Shown here piece after piece: positions 37,961 to 51,442 of a stretch of 64,000 nucleotides of DNA. Where the stretch lies: contig CM059433.1 of NCBI GenBank assembly GCA_030390025.1, positions 25,856,001-25,920,000 on the forward strand. Direction: 5' to 3'. The DNA comes from Squalus acanthias. Taxonomy: Eukaryota. Below the pieces are notes generated by a model. The model made no database searches and was not told where the DNA came from. It was given only the letters and a program-made list of their open reading frames with translations. The stretch's first letter is position 1. Every line of letters starts with the position of its first letter. Position numbers and translations under genes: made by a program.

Positions 37961-39932
37961 ACTGGACTAGGCCGTGCAGACATAATTCAGCTCTCATTTA
38001 AAAGTCCTAAAGTCCTACATTCTGTCCTTATTTTATTTCTAAATAAATTCCTATGCCCAGGTTTAGAATGGAAACTGCCAATATAAACTTGTCATACAAT
38101 GACACCTTCCTGTCAGTGGGACTGCAGCGCGTCCACTAGGGGAGGCTGCAATTGTAGTGTGACAAGTTTACATGGAGAGTTTCCATTATAAATGTGAACA
38201 TTGGAAATTATAGTGGGAAAAAATATGACTGTGTGCGCAGACTAAGATTTTTAATATATCAATATTTTTTAGCGTGTTTGCTGATCTAACATTTCGGTTA
38301 GGTGTTCCCAGCACCAGGGAAAGCAGGACATTTGTTTCCTTTCAGTCCCTGGAGGTTCACACATGACTAACTGAAGACTCTGCTTCAGCCACAGTCAGAT
38401 CGCCTGTACCATTTCCCAGCATCATTCGAGTAAATGACAAGGACCAAAATCTCCCATTCATTGCCGGGACCGCCGGGGTTAGAAGTGAAGCGTCAGGAGT
38501 CTCTGGGAGCTTTGCAGACCGAGCGATCGGCGTGTTGGAGCCGTGCTTCCTGCAATCCCTTCCTAAAGGCGCAGAAAGATAAGTACATAATCTGGTGGTA
38601 AACTGGTGGTGAACTTGTGTTGCTTGACAAAGAAATACATTTTAAGTGATTTTTTTTGTGCGACATTAGCCAAACTGGCACGGAATCTACTTTAAAGTTG
38701 CTATTAATACTGCCAATATAAAACCCAGGCTCACACAATAAACTCACCGTCAGCTTATTGCTAGACGGAATAACAAATGATGGGATAGAGCTGTGCGAGC
38801 AAACACTTCCCTGTACACACTGGAGCTGCTGAAAGGACATTACGAAGTGGGGCTTTGTCCCCGCTCTTAACTTCATTCACTCCGATCCTCTGGGCTTACG
38901 ATTTTTGGATCGGAATCGGGTTTAGTTTAAAAAAAAAATCCCTGTACAGATAAATGTTGCTTGCAGTTAACCGTGTTTGATAGGTGCCGGCAATGGACAC
39001 TGAACTTCAATCATCCTTAATCAGCTGCTCTAAATCTTTAAGATTTTAGATCTTGCTGCAGTGAGGCGATCAATTTTAATGGGGAATGGAGGTTAACAAG
39101 CAGCGAGGCTCACAGCTAACGCCCCCAGTGGAATGTACATGGAGTGGGCAGTGAAATCTGCAGGACACCTGGGCGGACCGCTACAGCCCAGCAGGGAAGG
39201 CAGATCTGCTAAAGATGAGGTGAAAATAGTGTCCATTTCTCAATGCACTTGGCAGGAAATGCAAGCGTTGTTGTTGTATGATGCGAACAGATGCTCAAAT
39301 CTAGATGGTGTTAGACGGGTTATTTTTGCAGCTATAGAAGAATATGTTGATCGGGTTAGATGAAGTAAGGTGGGAGGAGGCTCCTGTGGAACACCGGCAC
39401 AGACCAGCTGGGCTGAATGGCCTGTTCCTGTTTCTGCGCTGTACGTTCTATATAATTCTATGTAAGATGGGCTGTTGTAAGAGTAGTAAGAATGGTTTAA
39501 TTTCAGGAATTACCCTGTTGCTATGAAATACTTGGGCCATAACATATATAAGCTTATTCCAATAGCACATCAGCAACTATGTTACTACTAAGATTACCTT
39601 CTTGTCGTACAAGATCCATGTATAGTGTAATTGCTGCTCCAATGCCAGCACATTTTCCCCTTTACAGGCTAAACTAACACATAACAGAAGGCAGCAACAG
39701 GTGACAGGAGATCTGTATGTTAACCACCATTTGAGGAGTTGATTGTGGATGATTTAACTTGTGAGACCTTAGAGTGTAGGTGATAACCTGTGTGGGTGTG
39801 GAGGCCACAGCTACTCGCCAATACCCGAGATAGTGCATGTTCTTGTGTGGTTTAAAGGTTATACCTTCAGCATAGCCCATAAAGTCACTGCCATGTGAAA
39901 CTGCAGGCAGCCCATAATGTCTGTGCTGGTAT

Positions 39933-40058
39933 AGAAAGAAAGAAAGACTTGGATTTATGTAGCGCCTTTCATGACCACCGGTCGTCTCAAAGCGCTTTAC
40001 AGCCAATGAAGTACTTTTGGAGTGTAGTCACTGTTGTAATGTAGGAAATGCAGCTGCC
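39933..40058 (-). mobile_element. SINE 3' portion (Deu-domain/SacSINE1-like, L2-type tail)
   Basis: Minus strand reads CCTACATTACAACAGTGACTACACT..CATTGGCTGTAAAGCGCTTTG..AAAGGCGCTAC..(TCTT)n; same motif at 62647..62757. Confidence 0.65.
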
Positions 40059-40647
40059 CAAAATGCACCCAGTATCACCACCAGCGTTAACAAGCAGCAT
40101 CACAGACACACTCACTGAGGGCGGCTTGAACCTTGGGTTAGAGATGGGATCACAAGATTATGCAGTGGTAAGAAAGGGCCAGGTGATGTGACATGCAGTG
40201 CTCAGATATTCAGATATCAGTAGGACTACTTCAAAAAGGAGAATGCTGCTTTTGCAGTAACTGTAATGATTCACATTGTTCCTTGCATGACATTGGGGTG
40301 CTATAGTGTTCCTGTCTCATGCACTTGGCTTACTGTCGCTGTGACCAATCTTGGTGCCATCATGGAGAGGTGTCTGTCTTTCAGACTGCCACTGGCACCA
40401 TACCAACATCTATGACAGCTGCAGTGGAGATGTCCACACCTAGAATAGGTGAGGCCTCTCATGAATGACCCCCCATTTGCTGCCAATATGATGGGGCGAC
40501 AGTCCAAGATGTGACAGTTTGATGCAACTGGAACAACATTGCAAACCAATATTAATGAACAAGAAATCTCATACCAAGAGAGCATGAGGCAGAGATGGCA
40601 AATGATGCAAAAGTGGGTAGCACCGCAGCACATAGGTACACTTTTGT

Positions 40648-41730
40648 GATCGCCAATCTGCATTTGGTCTCCCCAATGTAGAGAAGACCGAATCATGACC
40701 AGCGAATACAGTATACTAAATTGAAAAAAGTACAGGTAAATCATTGTTTCACCTGGAAGGAGTGTTTGGGGCACTGGACTGTGGGAAGGATGAGGTAAAA
40801 GGGCAGGTGTTGCATCTCCTACGCTTGCACGGGAAGGTATCGTGGGAAGGAGAGGGGTTGTTGGGGGTGATTGAGGAGTGGACCAGGGTATCGTGGAGGG
40901 AGCGGTCCTTTCAGAATGCTGAAAGGGGAGGGGAGGAGAAGATGCATTTGGTGGTGGGATCACGCTGGAGATGGTGGAAACAGTGGAAATGGCGGAGTAT
41001 GATCTGTTGAATGTAGAGGCTGGTGGGGTGGAAGGTGAGGACAAGGGAAACCATATTGTGGTTCTAGGAGGGAGGGGAAGGGGTGAGAGCAGAAGTGCAG
41101 GAAATGGGATGGACACGGTCAAAGGCCATGTCAATCATGGTGGAGGAGAATCCTCGGTTGAGGAAAAAGGAAGACATACCGAAGCACTAGAAGGGAAGGT
41201 GGCATTTTCTGAACAGATGCGATAGAGACAGAGAAACTGGGAGAATGGAATAGAGTCCTTACAGGAAGCAGGGTGGGAAGAAGTGTAATCAAGGTAGCTG
41301 TGGGAGTCAGTGGGCTTATAGTAGATACTGGGTGACAGCATCTCCCCAGAAATAGAGACAGAGAAGTCGACGATGGGAAGGGAAGAGTCGGAGATGGACC
41401 ACGTGAAGGCGAGGGAAGGATAGAAATTGGAAGCAAAGTGAATGAAATTTTCCAGTTCGGGGCGAGAGCTGGAAATGGCACTGATACAGTCATCAATGTA
41501 CCGGAAAATGAGGTGAGGGAGGGGACCTGAGTAGGACTGGAACATATCCACGAAAAGGCAAGCATAGTTAGGACCCATACAAATTCCCATAGCAACACCT
41601 TTGATTTGGAGGAAGTGAGTGGAGTCGAAGGAGAGGTTGTTCAATGTGAGAACAGGTTCAGCCAGGCAGAGGAGGGTGGTGATGGATGGGAACTGGTTGG
41701 GCCTCTGTTCAAGGAAGAAGCAGAGCGCCC
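40648..41730 (-). mobile_element. Penelope-like retroelement fragment (RT and start of GIY-YIG endonuclease)
   Basis: ORF 41135..41734 has LQIKGVAMG, FRYIDDC and IYYKPTDSHSYLDYTSSHP; downstream FPCKRRRCNTCP and LLYIGETK. Confidence 0.88.
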
Positions 41731-41929
41731 TCATTTAATATTTGGCAATTGGTCATTGCTATGATTGCAACTGGCATGCAACAACCAAGCAGGACAATGC
41801 GGATAACAATATATATAAGGATGACCTGCAACAGGATGATTAGCGGGAAAACTGGCTTATCTGAGAGGATAGTATGGGAGTGTCCTGTTGTTGTTTTTGT
41901 ATCTTTACACTCTTTCCTTGGAGAATAGG

Positions 41930-42399
41930 ATGGGATGGCAGGAATGACGTATGAAGAGAGATTGGGACGATTGGGCTTGTATTCGCTAGAGTTTAGAAGA
42001 ATGAGAGGGGATCTCATTGAAACTTATAAAATTCTAACAGGACTAGACAGACTAGATGCAGGAAGGATGTTCCCGATGGCGGGGGAGTCCAGAACCAGGG
42101 GTCACAGTCTAAGGATAAGGGGTAAGCCATTTAGGACTGAGATGAGGAGGAATTTCTTCACCCAGAGAGTGGTGAACCTGTGGAATTCTCTACCACAGAA
42201 GGCAGTTGAGGCCAATTCATTAAATATATTCAAGAAGGAGTTAGATATATTTCTTAAGGCTAAAGGGATCAAGGGATATGGGGAGAAAGCAGGGACAAGG
42301 TACTGAATTTGGATGATCAGCCATAATCTCATTAAATGGCGGAGCAGGCTCGAGGGGTCTAATGGCCTACTCCTGCTCCTATCTTCTATGTTTCTATGT
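41930..42399 (+). mobile_element. CR1 LINE 3' end, little decayed
   Basis: ORF 41935..42306 YEERLGRLGLYSLEFRRMRGDLIE..FFTQRVVNLWNSLP; tail TCTATGTTTCTATGT. Confidence 0.9.
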
Positions 42400-42639
42400 A
42401 ATAGTGTGAAGTGGTGAAAGAATATGTTGGCTGATTAGCAGTCTGAGAGGCTATGACATGAGCACTTCTTCTATGGCGATAAACATTTTTATACCAGCCA
42501 ATAGGGTGGTTCATCCTATAAGAGGGCAGGTTTTTAATGGGCTCCCACAACCCATACAATGAGAGGTTGGGGGAGGCACCCACACCCAGCAGATGCGAGT
42601 ATCCTGCTGGATGTCAATCCAGAATTCAGAGCCGGAGTT

Positions 42640-42715
42640 CTGGTCTCCACTCTGGAGCGGGGTTCGAACCATGCACCTTCTGACTCAGATGTGGGAATGT
42701 TACCACTAAGTCAAA
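42640..42715 (-). mobile_element. tRNA-derived SINE head fragment
   Basis: Minus strand has a B-box-like GGTTCGAACC and an A-box-like TGACTTAGTGG. Confidence 0.5.
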
Positions 42716-42859
42716 GGCCCGCTCCAGTGTCCTGGTGTAGGGTTATATTAACACTTCAACCAAAAGAACTTGTCAATCATAAGCTGATGATGTTATATTT
42801 CCCTGTACCCTAATAACTCTACTGGATGTGGCGCTATCGGATCATCAACCTTTTTCACT

Positions 42860-43085
42860 TCCACTTGCTGTTGCCTCCCCCCACCCCCCACTTTGAATTG
42901 AGTATGTCTTTTGATTGCTACATTGTGCAGCATGCAGCGCAGCACTGTTCTGCCGATGTGTTCTGAGTGTACTACAAGCACCTAGCCCATGCAGTATATT
43001 CAGGGGAAGTGCTGCTTCAAAAAGTCCGCTCAGTGAGTCACTGAAACCATTTGCCTCGTGGTACCTGTTCTGTGCTGAAGTTTCA
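42860..43085 (-). pseudogene. Highly decayed Harbinger transposase C-terminal fragment
   Basis: AQNRYHEA... and ...CMLHNVAIKR, matching the CMLHNLAI motif near 2330. Confidence 0.5.
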
Positions 43086-43851
43086 GAGTAATGTAGAAGT
43101 GTCATAAGAGGTGGAATAAGAACAGACCTGCTGAGTGGTGACAAAATAATTCTAACTTTGCCTGCCTCATCAAACATTCTGGAGATATTGGCAATATTTA
43201 AATCTGTTAACCCCATCTCTCCAAATTGTGCAGCAGCAAATCATTCAATCAGTCACGTTAACTCCGTCTCTCCAGTTCAAACTATTTCTAATCTGAGTGT
43301 TGTCAGTGCAGGTACCATCCCGATATTATTCGAATACACACTATTAAATGCAAAGAGTGTGAAAAGGCAGAGGAGGAGTATAATTTATTCAGAGGAATTG
43401 AAAAGGATTTGAACATGAGTCATCGTATATAAAGTTAGTTCAGTATGTTTGAACTAACTAGATTGACAACGAGTAATTCAGTGTGTTACAACTGAATGAA
43501 GCATTCATTTTAAAAGAAAGATTTTAGTCCGTAGAAATCTAATCCTTGCATAGTATACAGAAACACCTACACATTCTTCAGGGAAGTGGTATTTATTTTT
43601 AAACTTCGGTATATCTGATTTAGCACAAAAGCTTCAGCTCATACTGATTAGACAGCACCTACCTGTGCATTGGCAGTAGTTGGGTTTACATTTCCTAGTA
43701 CTGATTTGCAATTAGATTGAACACAAATGCTTGAAGTACAAGCAGGGGAGATAGGGCAGTCCCACCTCTGTGATGGAAAAAGTGCAAATAAACCTGTAAA
43801 TCGCAGGAAATTCTAAGGTTACAGATTATAGCCTTTGCTTTCAGAGATGAG

Positions 43852-44353
43852 AGAATCATAGAATTAATGAATGGTTACAGCACAGAAAGAGGACATTTGG
43901 CCCGTCGAGCCCATGCCAGCTCTCTGCAAGAGCACTTCAGCTACTCCCACTCCCCCGCCCTTCCCCCGTAGCCCTGCAAATTTTTTCCCCTCAGGTACTT
44001 ATCCAATTCTCTTTTGAAAGCCATGATTGAGTCTGCCTCCACCACCCTTTCAGGCATTCATTCCCGATCCTAACCACTTGCTGCGTAAAAATGTTTTTCC
44101 TCATGTCGCCTTTGGTTCTTTTGCCAACCACCTTCAATCTGTGTCCTCTGGTTCTCGACCCTTCTGCCAATGGGAACAGTTTCTCTCTGTCTACACTGTC
44201 CAGACCCCTCATGATTTTGAATACCTCTATCAAATCTCCTCTCAACCTTCTCTGCTCCAAGGAGAACAACCCCAGCTTCTCTAGTCTATCCACTTAACTG
44301 AAGTCCCTCATTCCTGAATCATTCTTGTAAATCTTTTCTGCACCCTCTCTAAG
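43852..44353 (-). mobile_element. CR1 LINE 3' end
   Basis: ORF 43991..44293 DRLEKLGLFSLEQRRLRGDLIEVFKIM plus 3' UTR. Confidence 0.88.
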
Positions 44354-45249
44354 GAGAGAAATCTTCTAAAGCAGGTTGAAGTGGGCTCAGTGTTGTGTAG
44401 TATATATTTGTTACAACAAATGATTACGTAAGCATCCTCTAGTTGTACAAATGACACATAATAGCATGTGTGTGTACTGACATCCACTGCCCAATATTGA
44501 CTGCTTAATTTGGTACTCCCTGACGGGAGTCACGCTCACAGGGAGCTCTCCAATCTGTAATCCCAGACATTGCTGCAATTTACAGAATGTTGCAGTTGCA
44601 TTTTTTTTCTTGTCTATTAAGTTAAATGGATGCAAAGTTAGATACTGCAGGCCAGTGATTTCCCCACCAGCACTCCTTGCAAACACCACTCTACGCTTGA
44701 GTGAATCTTTGTGTGTGTATGTCTGGCATGTGCTCATTCATATTGGATCTTTCAAAGACATCACACCTGAAAGTGTTCCATTTGGGGCATCACAGGTTAT
44801 TCAGATGAAATGTAACGATTGACCGAAATAGCTGTTAACTGTTGATGTGCCAAACAAATAGCCAATTGAAAAACCCATAAAAATTAAACCATTCAGAATA
44901 AAATGTGGGTAGGAAATGTTTGTCATTAAACAGAAGCCTATTTCTGTGAAAGGAGGCTGGAGGTCCATTTGGAGTGCTTGTCTGGAGCTTGAATTATTGG
45001 ATTGAGTTTGGTAGCCCTTTATTTTCTGTTGATGCCTGATTCTTCCTGATTGGCTGTAGCCTCCAGCAGTCACAGGAAGCCCTCTACCTTCAATTTTAGC
45101 TCCATGACTGTAAAGCACTTTGGGACGTCCTGAAGTCATGTAAGGCGCTATATAAATGCCAGTCTTTTTCTTTTTAAAGTGATTTGGGACATCCTGATGT
45201 TGTGAAACGCATTATATAAATGCAAATCTTTCTTTCCTTCTAGTCTGGC

Positions 45250-47213
45250 ACCCTAAGGCAAAGGACTTCACAGGGGGATACCGCAAAGTGTAGGAATGCA
45301 GTAGTAATTGGGGATTCGATAGTCAGGGGAAAGACAGGCTATTCTGCTAGCGTCAACATGAGACCCATATGTTATGTTGCCTCGCTGGTAAGCGACATCA
45401 AGGAGAGGGTGCAGAAAATTCTGCAGGGGGAAGGGGAAGAGCATGTGTATAAATGCACAAAGTGTGGTTAAAAAGGTTGATGAGACCTGGCTCAAAAAAG
45501 GGGAGGATTGGATGCTTAATATCCCTGGGTGTAAAGTATTCAGGAAAGATAGGGAAGGAAATAAAGGAGGAGGAGTAGCAGTTTTGATTAAGGAAAATAT
45601 TACAGCGCTAGAAAGAGAGAATGTCCTTGAGGGGGTCAAAGACAGAATCTATTTGGTTGGAGTTAAGAAACAATAAAGGAGCTATTATACTACTTGGTGT
45701 ATGTTATAGGCCACCAAATAGTAGGAAGGAGATAGAGGAGCAGATTTGCAAAGAAATTACTGAGAGGCGCAAGAACTATAGAGTAGTGATAATGGGAGAC
45801 CCCAATATTGAATGGGGCAATGATTGTGTTAAGGGCAGAGAAGTGGAGGAATTTCTAAAGTGTGTTCAGGAGAATTTTCTTGATCAGTATGTTTCCTGCC
45901 CAATGAGGAAGGAGGTATTGCTGGATCTAGTCTTGGGGAATGAACTGGGGCAAGTGGAAAATGTCACAATCAGGAAGCATCTTGGGAATAGTGATCATAG
46001 TATCATAAGGTTTGGATTAGATATGGAGAAGGACAAGGAGCAATCTAGAATAAAAATACTTAATGGGAGGTGGGCTAATTTCAACGAATTGAGGAGGGAT
46101 CTGGCCCAGGTAAATTGAAGTTAAAGACTGGCAGGCAGAAATGTAATGGAGCAATGGACGGCCTTTAGTACAGTCTAGATACATTCCCACAAGGGGGAAA
46201 GGGAGGGCAACCAAAGCAAGAGTTCCCTGGATGACTTTGGAGTTAGAGAGTAGGATGAAGCAGAAAAAGGGGGCATATGACAGATGTCAGCTTGTTAATA
46301 TAACGGAGAATCAGGCTGAATATAAAAAGCAGTGTATACAGTGGAGTTCCCCAAGATTCAGTACTAGGACCACTGTTGTTTTTGAGATATATTAATGACT
46401 TGGACTTAGGGTACAGAGCACAATTTTGAAACTTGCAGATGATGTGAAACTTGGAAGTGTAGTAAACAGTGAGGAAGATAGTAATAGACTTCAAGAGGAC
46501 ATAGACAGGCTGGTGGAATGGGCGGACACATGGCAGATGAAATTCAACGCAAAAAACGTGAGGTGATACATTTTGGTAGGAAGAATGACAAGAGACAATA
46601 TATGTTAAATGGTACAATTTTAAAGGGGGTGCAAGAAGACAGAGACCTGGGGGAGCTTGTGCACAAATCAATGAAGGTGGCAGGACAGGTTAACAAAGCC
46701 GTTAATAAAGCATATGGGATCCTGGGCTTTATAAATAGAGGCATAGAGTACAAAAGCCAGGAAGTTATGCTGGAACGATATAAAATACTAGTTCGGCCCC
46801 AGCTGGAGTATTGTGTCCAATTCTGGGCACCACACTTTAGGAAGGATGTGAAGGCTTTGGAGAGAGTACAGAAGAGATTTACTAGAATATTTCCAGGGAT
46901 GGGGGATTACAGTTACATGGATAGACTGGAGAAGCTGGGGTTGTTCTCCTTAGAGCAGAGAAGGCTAAGAGGAGATTTGATAGAGGTGTTTGAAATCATG
47001 AAGGGTATAGATAAACTAAATAAAGAGAAACTCTTTCCAATGGCTAAAGGGTCAATAACCAGAGAGCACAGATTTAAGGTGATTGGCAAAAGAACCAGAG
47101 GCGACATGAGGAAAAACTTTTTTACACAACAAGTGATGAGGATTTGGAATGCACTGCCTGATAGAGTGGTGGATACAAATGGCCTCCTTCTGTGCTGTAC
47201 TATTCTATGATTC
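45250..47213 (+). mobile_element. CR1 LINE with internal deletions (APE endonuclease and RT C-terminus)
   Basis: TESIWLEL..GVCYRPPNS..HLGNSDH (45621..46118); GVPQDSVLGP, KLADD and LVRPQLEYCVQFWAPH (46518..47210); tail TTCTATGATTCT. Confidence 0.9.
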
Positions 47214-47277
47214 TTCTTTGAAACAATGTGAACGCACATTGGTTTATAAAGCCACATGCTGCAGCTACTGAGATTAA

Positions 47278-48090
47278 GGGGGGAATTTTGCCAGCCCTGG
47301 GGAGGTGGGTATGGAGGCGGGACTGCCGGGAAAATGGCAGAAACTGGGAGTGGGTACCGAACCCGCTCCCAACCCGCCTCCATGCCATCTTCCTGGGAGG
47401 CGGGTCCCTGACTCGCGCAGGGACCCGTCTCCTCGAGGCGGGAAGGGGATTAGAGCTAATTAACTGCTTGTCAGGTAGTTAACTGGCAGTTTAGAGGCTT
47501 ATCCCCATTTTGCTCCTGCAAGTGCGGGCTTCCTGATGGCTGCGAACCTCGCCAGGGTCAGCGAGGCGAGCAGTGGGTCTGCGGGGGTGAGAGGGATCGA
47601 AAAGTCCACTGTGGAGGTGAGTGATGGGTGCAAGTGTGGAGAGGTAAGTTTGAGAGGTGAGTGTAAAGTGTTAGAAAAAGTTTACTTACCTTTGCTTCTT
47701 CTGCAGGCTTCAACCCTTGCGGATCCGGAGGTGCCTCATCTCAACGGCAGAGATGACAGAATGGCTGCTGCATTCTCCGATACAGCAGCCACCTGATTTC
47801 TGCTGAGGAAAGAGGTTTTGGTGAGTCTTTCTGCAAGGGCTCACCATAGAACAGAGATTGTCAGTGTTTCAAAGCTGTCAAACGCTGACAATTCATGTCA
47901 AAAATTTTCGACAGATGAAACATCATACGGTGACATCCTCTGTCACCAGCTTTCCCTTAATTGGCTGGCTAAGCCCGCAGGGCGGGCTTAACAAGGTCAA
48001 TCAAGGGAAAATAGCGTGGGTTGGCCAGACGTCATTGGGGACGGGACTGAAACCCAACAACCAGCAGTCCCACCCCCAACGTGTCCCCAG
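47278..48090 (+). mobile_element. Non-autonomous Harbinger-like element, homologous to 1..443
   Basis: TAA precedes GGGGGGAATTTT; 47278..47797 aligns with the reverse complement of 1..443; right end approximate. Confidence 0.55.
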
Positions 48091-48339
48091 AGGGTGTGTT
48101 TGATATGGTAATGATCCAAACTATCCACATGTTCCAATCTTTCTTGCTGCCTCCGCTCCCTCCATCGTAGATCCTAGAGGGCGAGGTCGACTGCTAGTAC
48201 AGCCCCCATTAATGTAAGCAAGTATAGCACTTTGATATGTTATGAGAATAAATGTAACTAATTGTTAGTAGCCACAACACTCCTGATACTAAACAACCTT
48301 TAAATGACTGAATTAAACTGTTGCACAATGTCAAACTGA

Positions 48340-48725
48340 CAAGGAAGCAGTGAAACAGCACTAACATGGCAGCTGCGACTCATTACTCATGATCCCTTTA
48401 AGTAGCACCCCTGGAGCCAGCATCCACCTGCTTGTTGCCTCCTCTCCTTGTTGCCGTCGGGGCGAGGTGCTAAAGCAGGTGGTGACAATGAATTTTGCAG
48501 ATCGGGCGGCCAATGAGCATTGCACGCTCACTGATGTCACAATGCCTGGTGCTGATGTCCCCAGTGGTAACTCGTAGCAGCGGCGCTACGGGGGGTGGGG
48601 GGGGGGGGGTTGGATTTGGCGTGCGTCATTGGATTTGCCTCGTCCCGGCGCTACTGCATTAGCGCCCCGTTAGCGCCCCCGCCAGGCACTAACTGGAGGC
48701 GCTAACCAACTGAATTTTTCCCCCC
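48340..48725. mobile_element. Harbinger-like terminal fragment
   Basis: Ends in CAACTGAATTTTTCCCCCC like the element end at 59184; internal similarity to 34300..34430. Confidence 0.5.
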
Positions 48726-48729
48726 AACA

Positions 48730-49190
48730 GCCTGTTGGGTTTTATAAATGGGGCACAGTGTACCAGAGTAAAGAAGTCATGATAATTATATACAAAACAC
48801 TGGTTAGGTCACATTTAGAGTATTGCATCCAGTTTTAGCACTCATTATAGAAAAGGACATTAAAGTGTACAGTGTAATTTCAGCAGGATGATGCCAGGAA
48901 TGGAAAACTATGGAAGAGACCTGAGATACTGGGAATATCTCCACTGGAGCAGAGAAAGCTAAGACATTCTTTGAAATTTGAAGGGTTTTGATAGATGAAT
49001 AGGGAAAGACTATTTCCTCTGGTTGGGGAGTCAGTGAAGGGTCATTAATTTAAATTTGCTGCTGAGAGTGAGGACGGAGGTTAGGAGGAATTTCTTTATA
49101 GAGCAGGTTGTTGGAGCATGGAATGCTTTACCACAGGGAGTGGTTGAGGCAGAGAACATTGCATCTTTAAAGTGAAAATTGGATGGGGCA
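48730..49190 (+). mobile_element. Old CR1 LINE 3' fragment
   Basis: Decayed YKTLVRSHLEYCIQF and RVVGAWNALPQGVVEA-like segments. Confidence 0.7.
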
Positions 49191-49886
49191 TTATACAGTT
49201 CAAATGGGATGAGCAGTATTTATTACCCCATCCTGGCTCGAATCCCACTGGCCACCATTTAACTGTGCACTTTTTTTAGGCAGCCAGAAGCAGTCAGGCA
49301 CCTTATGAATGTATACAAATTGGGTTCCTCTGATGTAATTCAGACCCTAATGGCATTTTAATGGCCAACTGAGTGGCGTGCCCATGGCAGTGCGCCACTC
49401 ATTAATTCCTGGCGGGGAAGAAGACGAGGCCCTCGAAGGTAAGTCAAAGACTCTCCTTACTGGGGTTGGGATGAGCAGGAGTGCTCCTCCGGGCCCCACA
49501 AGGAAAGTTAGGGCCTCTCTTGCCCTTGTCTCCCCCTCACTATCCCCACCGGTGAAATGGCCCCAATTCTCCCATCCCCTTGATGCCAGCGGGCAACCTC
49601 CGGGCCCTGCGTTGTTGACCTTTCCGAAGCCATCTAACTACCTCTTCCCACCTGTTTCAGGCGGGCAGCTGGCCGACTGGATATAAATGAGGCTCGTCCG
49701 TTAAAATCGGCCAAAGCCTCCCACTGAGAGGGACTATTGTCTCCCACGCCCACCGCTCCCCACTACCCTCCCCGGGTTCCCAGCCAGGAGTTAAAATTCA
49801 ACCTACAGAAATGGCAAAGGAGCGTGCAAGTAATGAAAAGACTGGGCTTTATCTTTGCTATTTCTAATTCTTTCCTTTTCTCCCAG

Positions 49887-50065
49887 TTTGTGTTGCAGTT
49901 TGGAAGAATCACCACATGCGGACAGTCACAAACTATTTCATAGTTAATTTGTCATTTGCCGACATCCTTGTTACAATTATCTGTCTTCCTGCCAGTCTAC
50001 TAGTTGATATAACCGAGACATGGTTTTTTGGGCAAGTTTTCTGCAAAATAATTCCATACCTACAG
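49887..50065 (+). CDS. HCRTR2: Orexin receptor coding exon 2 (ICL1, TM2, start of TM3)
   Basis: Polypyrimidine tract plus CCCAG acceptor; VCVAVWKNHHMRTVTNYFIVNLSFADILVTIICLPASLLVDITETWFFGQVFCKIIPYLQ; donor CAG|GTAAGT; 179 nt, in phase with exon 1. Confidence 0.96.
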
Positions 50066-51383
50066 GTAAGTGTTTAATCATTTCTGAGACTTCAATGGTG
50101 ATAAATGTAAATTCCAATCAAGTGTTCATAGCTGGATTAAAACAAAACAAACAGATTTACACAATGCAAACTTAAAAATTAGAGAGCAAAAGTAAATTGT
50201 GAATATTGGAAACCTACAATGGAAGCAGAAATAACTTGAAATGTATGTTGATTGGTGACAGCTGAAATATCATCATTCTTTTTATTTAAAAAAAATCAAC
50301 CTAAAATGTCATTTCATTCGAGGATGGTTCAGTGGCCTGAGCGCTTGACACCCAAACAAGGGAGGGATGGCGTCGAGTAGGTGTCCTTTCTCTGCTAAGC
50401 AATACAAAATCATAAATCCATTTTTAAAGAACGCATTTGTAATTTGACTTCACGTAGTGCACAGAGCAAACCGCTTACTGTCTTACTGTGGAGAGGCACT
50501 GCTGATCGTCCTGCCTGATTCACGGTCAATCTGCCTTGATCACTCAGTTGGTAATGTGCTGCACTTGTCCAGTGTGGATCTGGGACATGCAGACCAGGAA
50601 GGTCCCATGTTCAGTTCTGAGTTGAGTTACCTATTCTCAGCCGTTGGAGCAGTAGACGTGCAACATATTGGCCTCAGCATCTCTGGACTAGGAGGAAGGG
50701 AAGAATCAGCCAGGGTTCCTGTTCCTGATTACTATCTAGTGACCCTACTAAAAGATGGGCATTTGCGGATACCAGTTGAAGATATAATTGCCCCTCCCCT
50801 GCCCCCCCCCCCCCCCCCCCCCCCCCCACCCCATATAGTCAAATAGCCTATTGACATGTTACTGTCTCGGCTCACCAATGAAGGATAGCCACTTGGTTGA
50901 GGTGAGTAGAGCAACTGGTTCTGGTGGAACATTACCCCTCAGCACAAGCCAGTGCCTTCAGAAGGAATGGAGAAAACTTAAAAAAAAACAATTACAGTAC
51001 TCCTGTCCTATATAGCTCTGTCTCAGAGTGATGTAAAACCCTCTTATTTTGAGGAATCTGGAATTCAGAATGATCTATACTTTGTTCCAACGTTTTTGGA
51101 GCATCCATTGTACGATGGGGAAAAGCTGTGGCCTCCCGACAGTATCAATTCCTAGACCTTTTTCTACATTCTCAACAATGTTGTTGCTGAGGCACCAATC
51201 TTTATTCCAGTTTTCTCCACCAGCTAGTTTGAGAAATTGTGCAGAAAACAATTAATATTTTCAAATAAAGCTTCAAGACTACGAAGATTCTTTTCACTTT
51301 ATCCCTTTTCTAGTAAGATTGTAAAGTGAAACAAGCTTTTCAGCAAGTTCTAAGCATTCCTGTTATCTGTTGTAGAATAATCT

Positions 51384-51442
51384 GCAGCATCTGTGAAGGG
51401 AGAAACGGGGGTAACGTTTCAAGTCGATGACCTTTCATCAGA
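51384..51442 (-). mobile_element. Penelope terminal-repeat fragment with a minimal hammerhead-ribozyme core
   Basis: Minus strand reads CTGATGA-AAGGTCATCGACTT-GAAACGTTA. Confidence 0.6.

Noticed and set aside
38070..38725. Repeated ACTGCCAATATAAA as an internal promoter
   Set aside because: Two short AT-rich matches with no downstream gene or other support.
50457..50932. Poly-Pro and poly-Gly ORFs
   Set aside because: Produced by a poly-C tract at ~50801..50827; no other coding signal.
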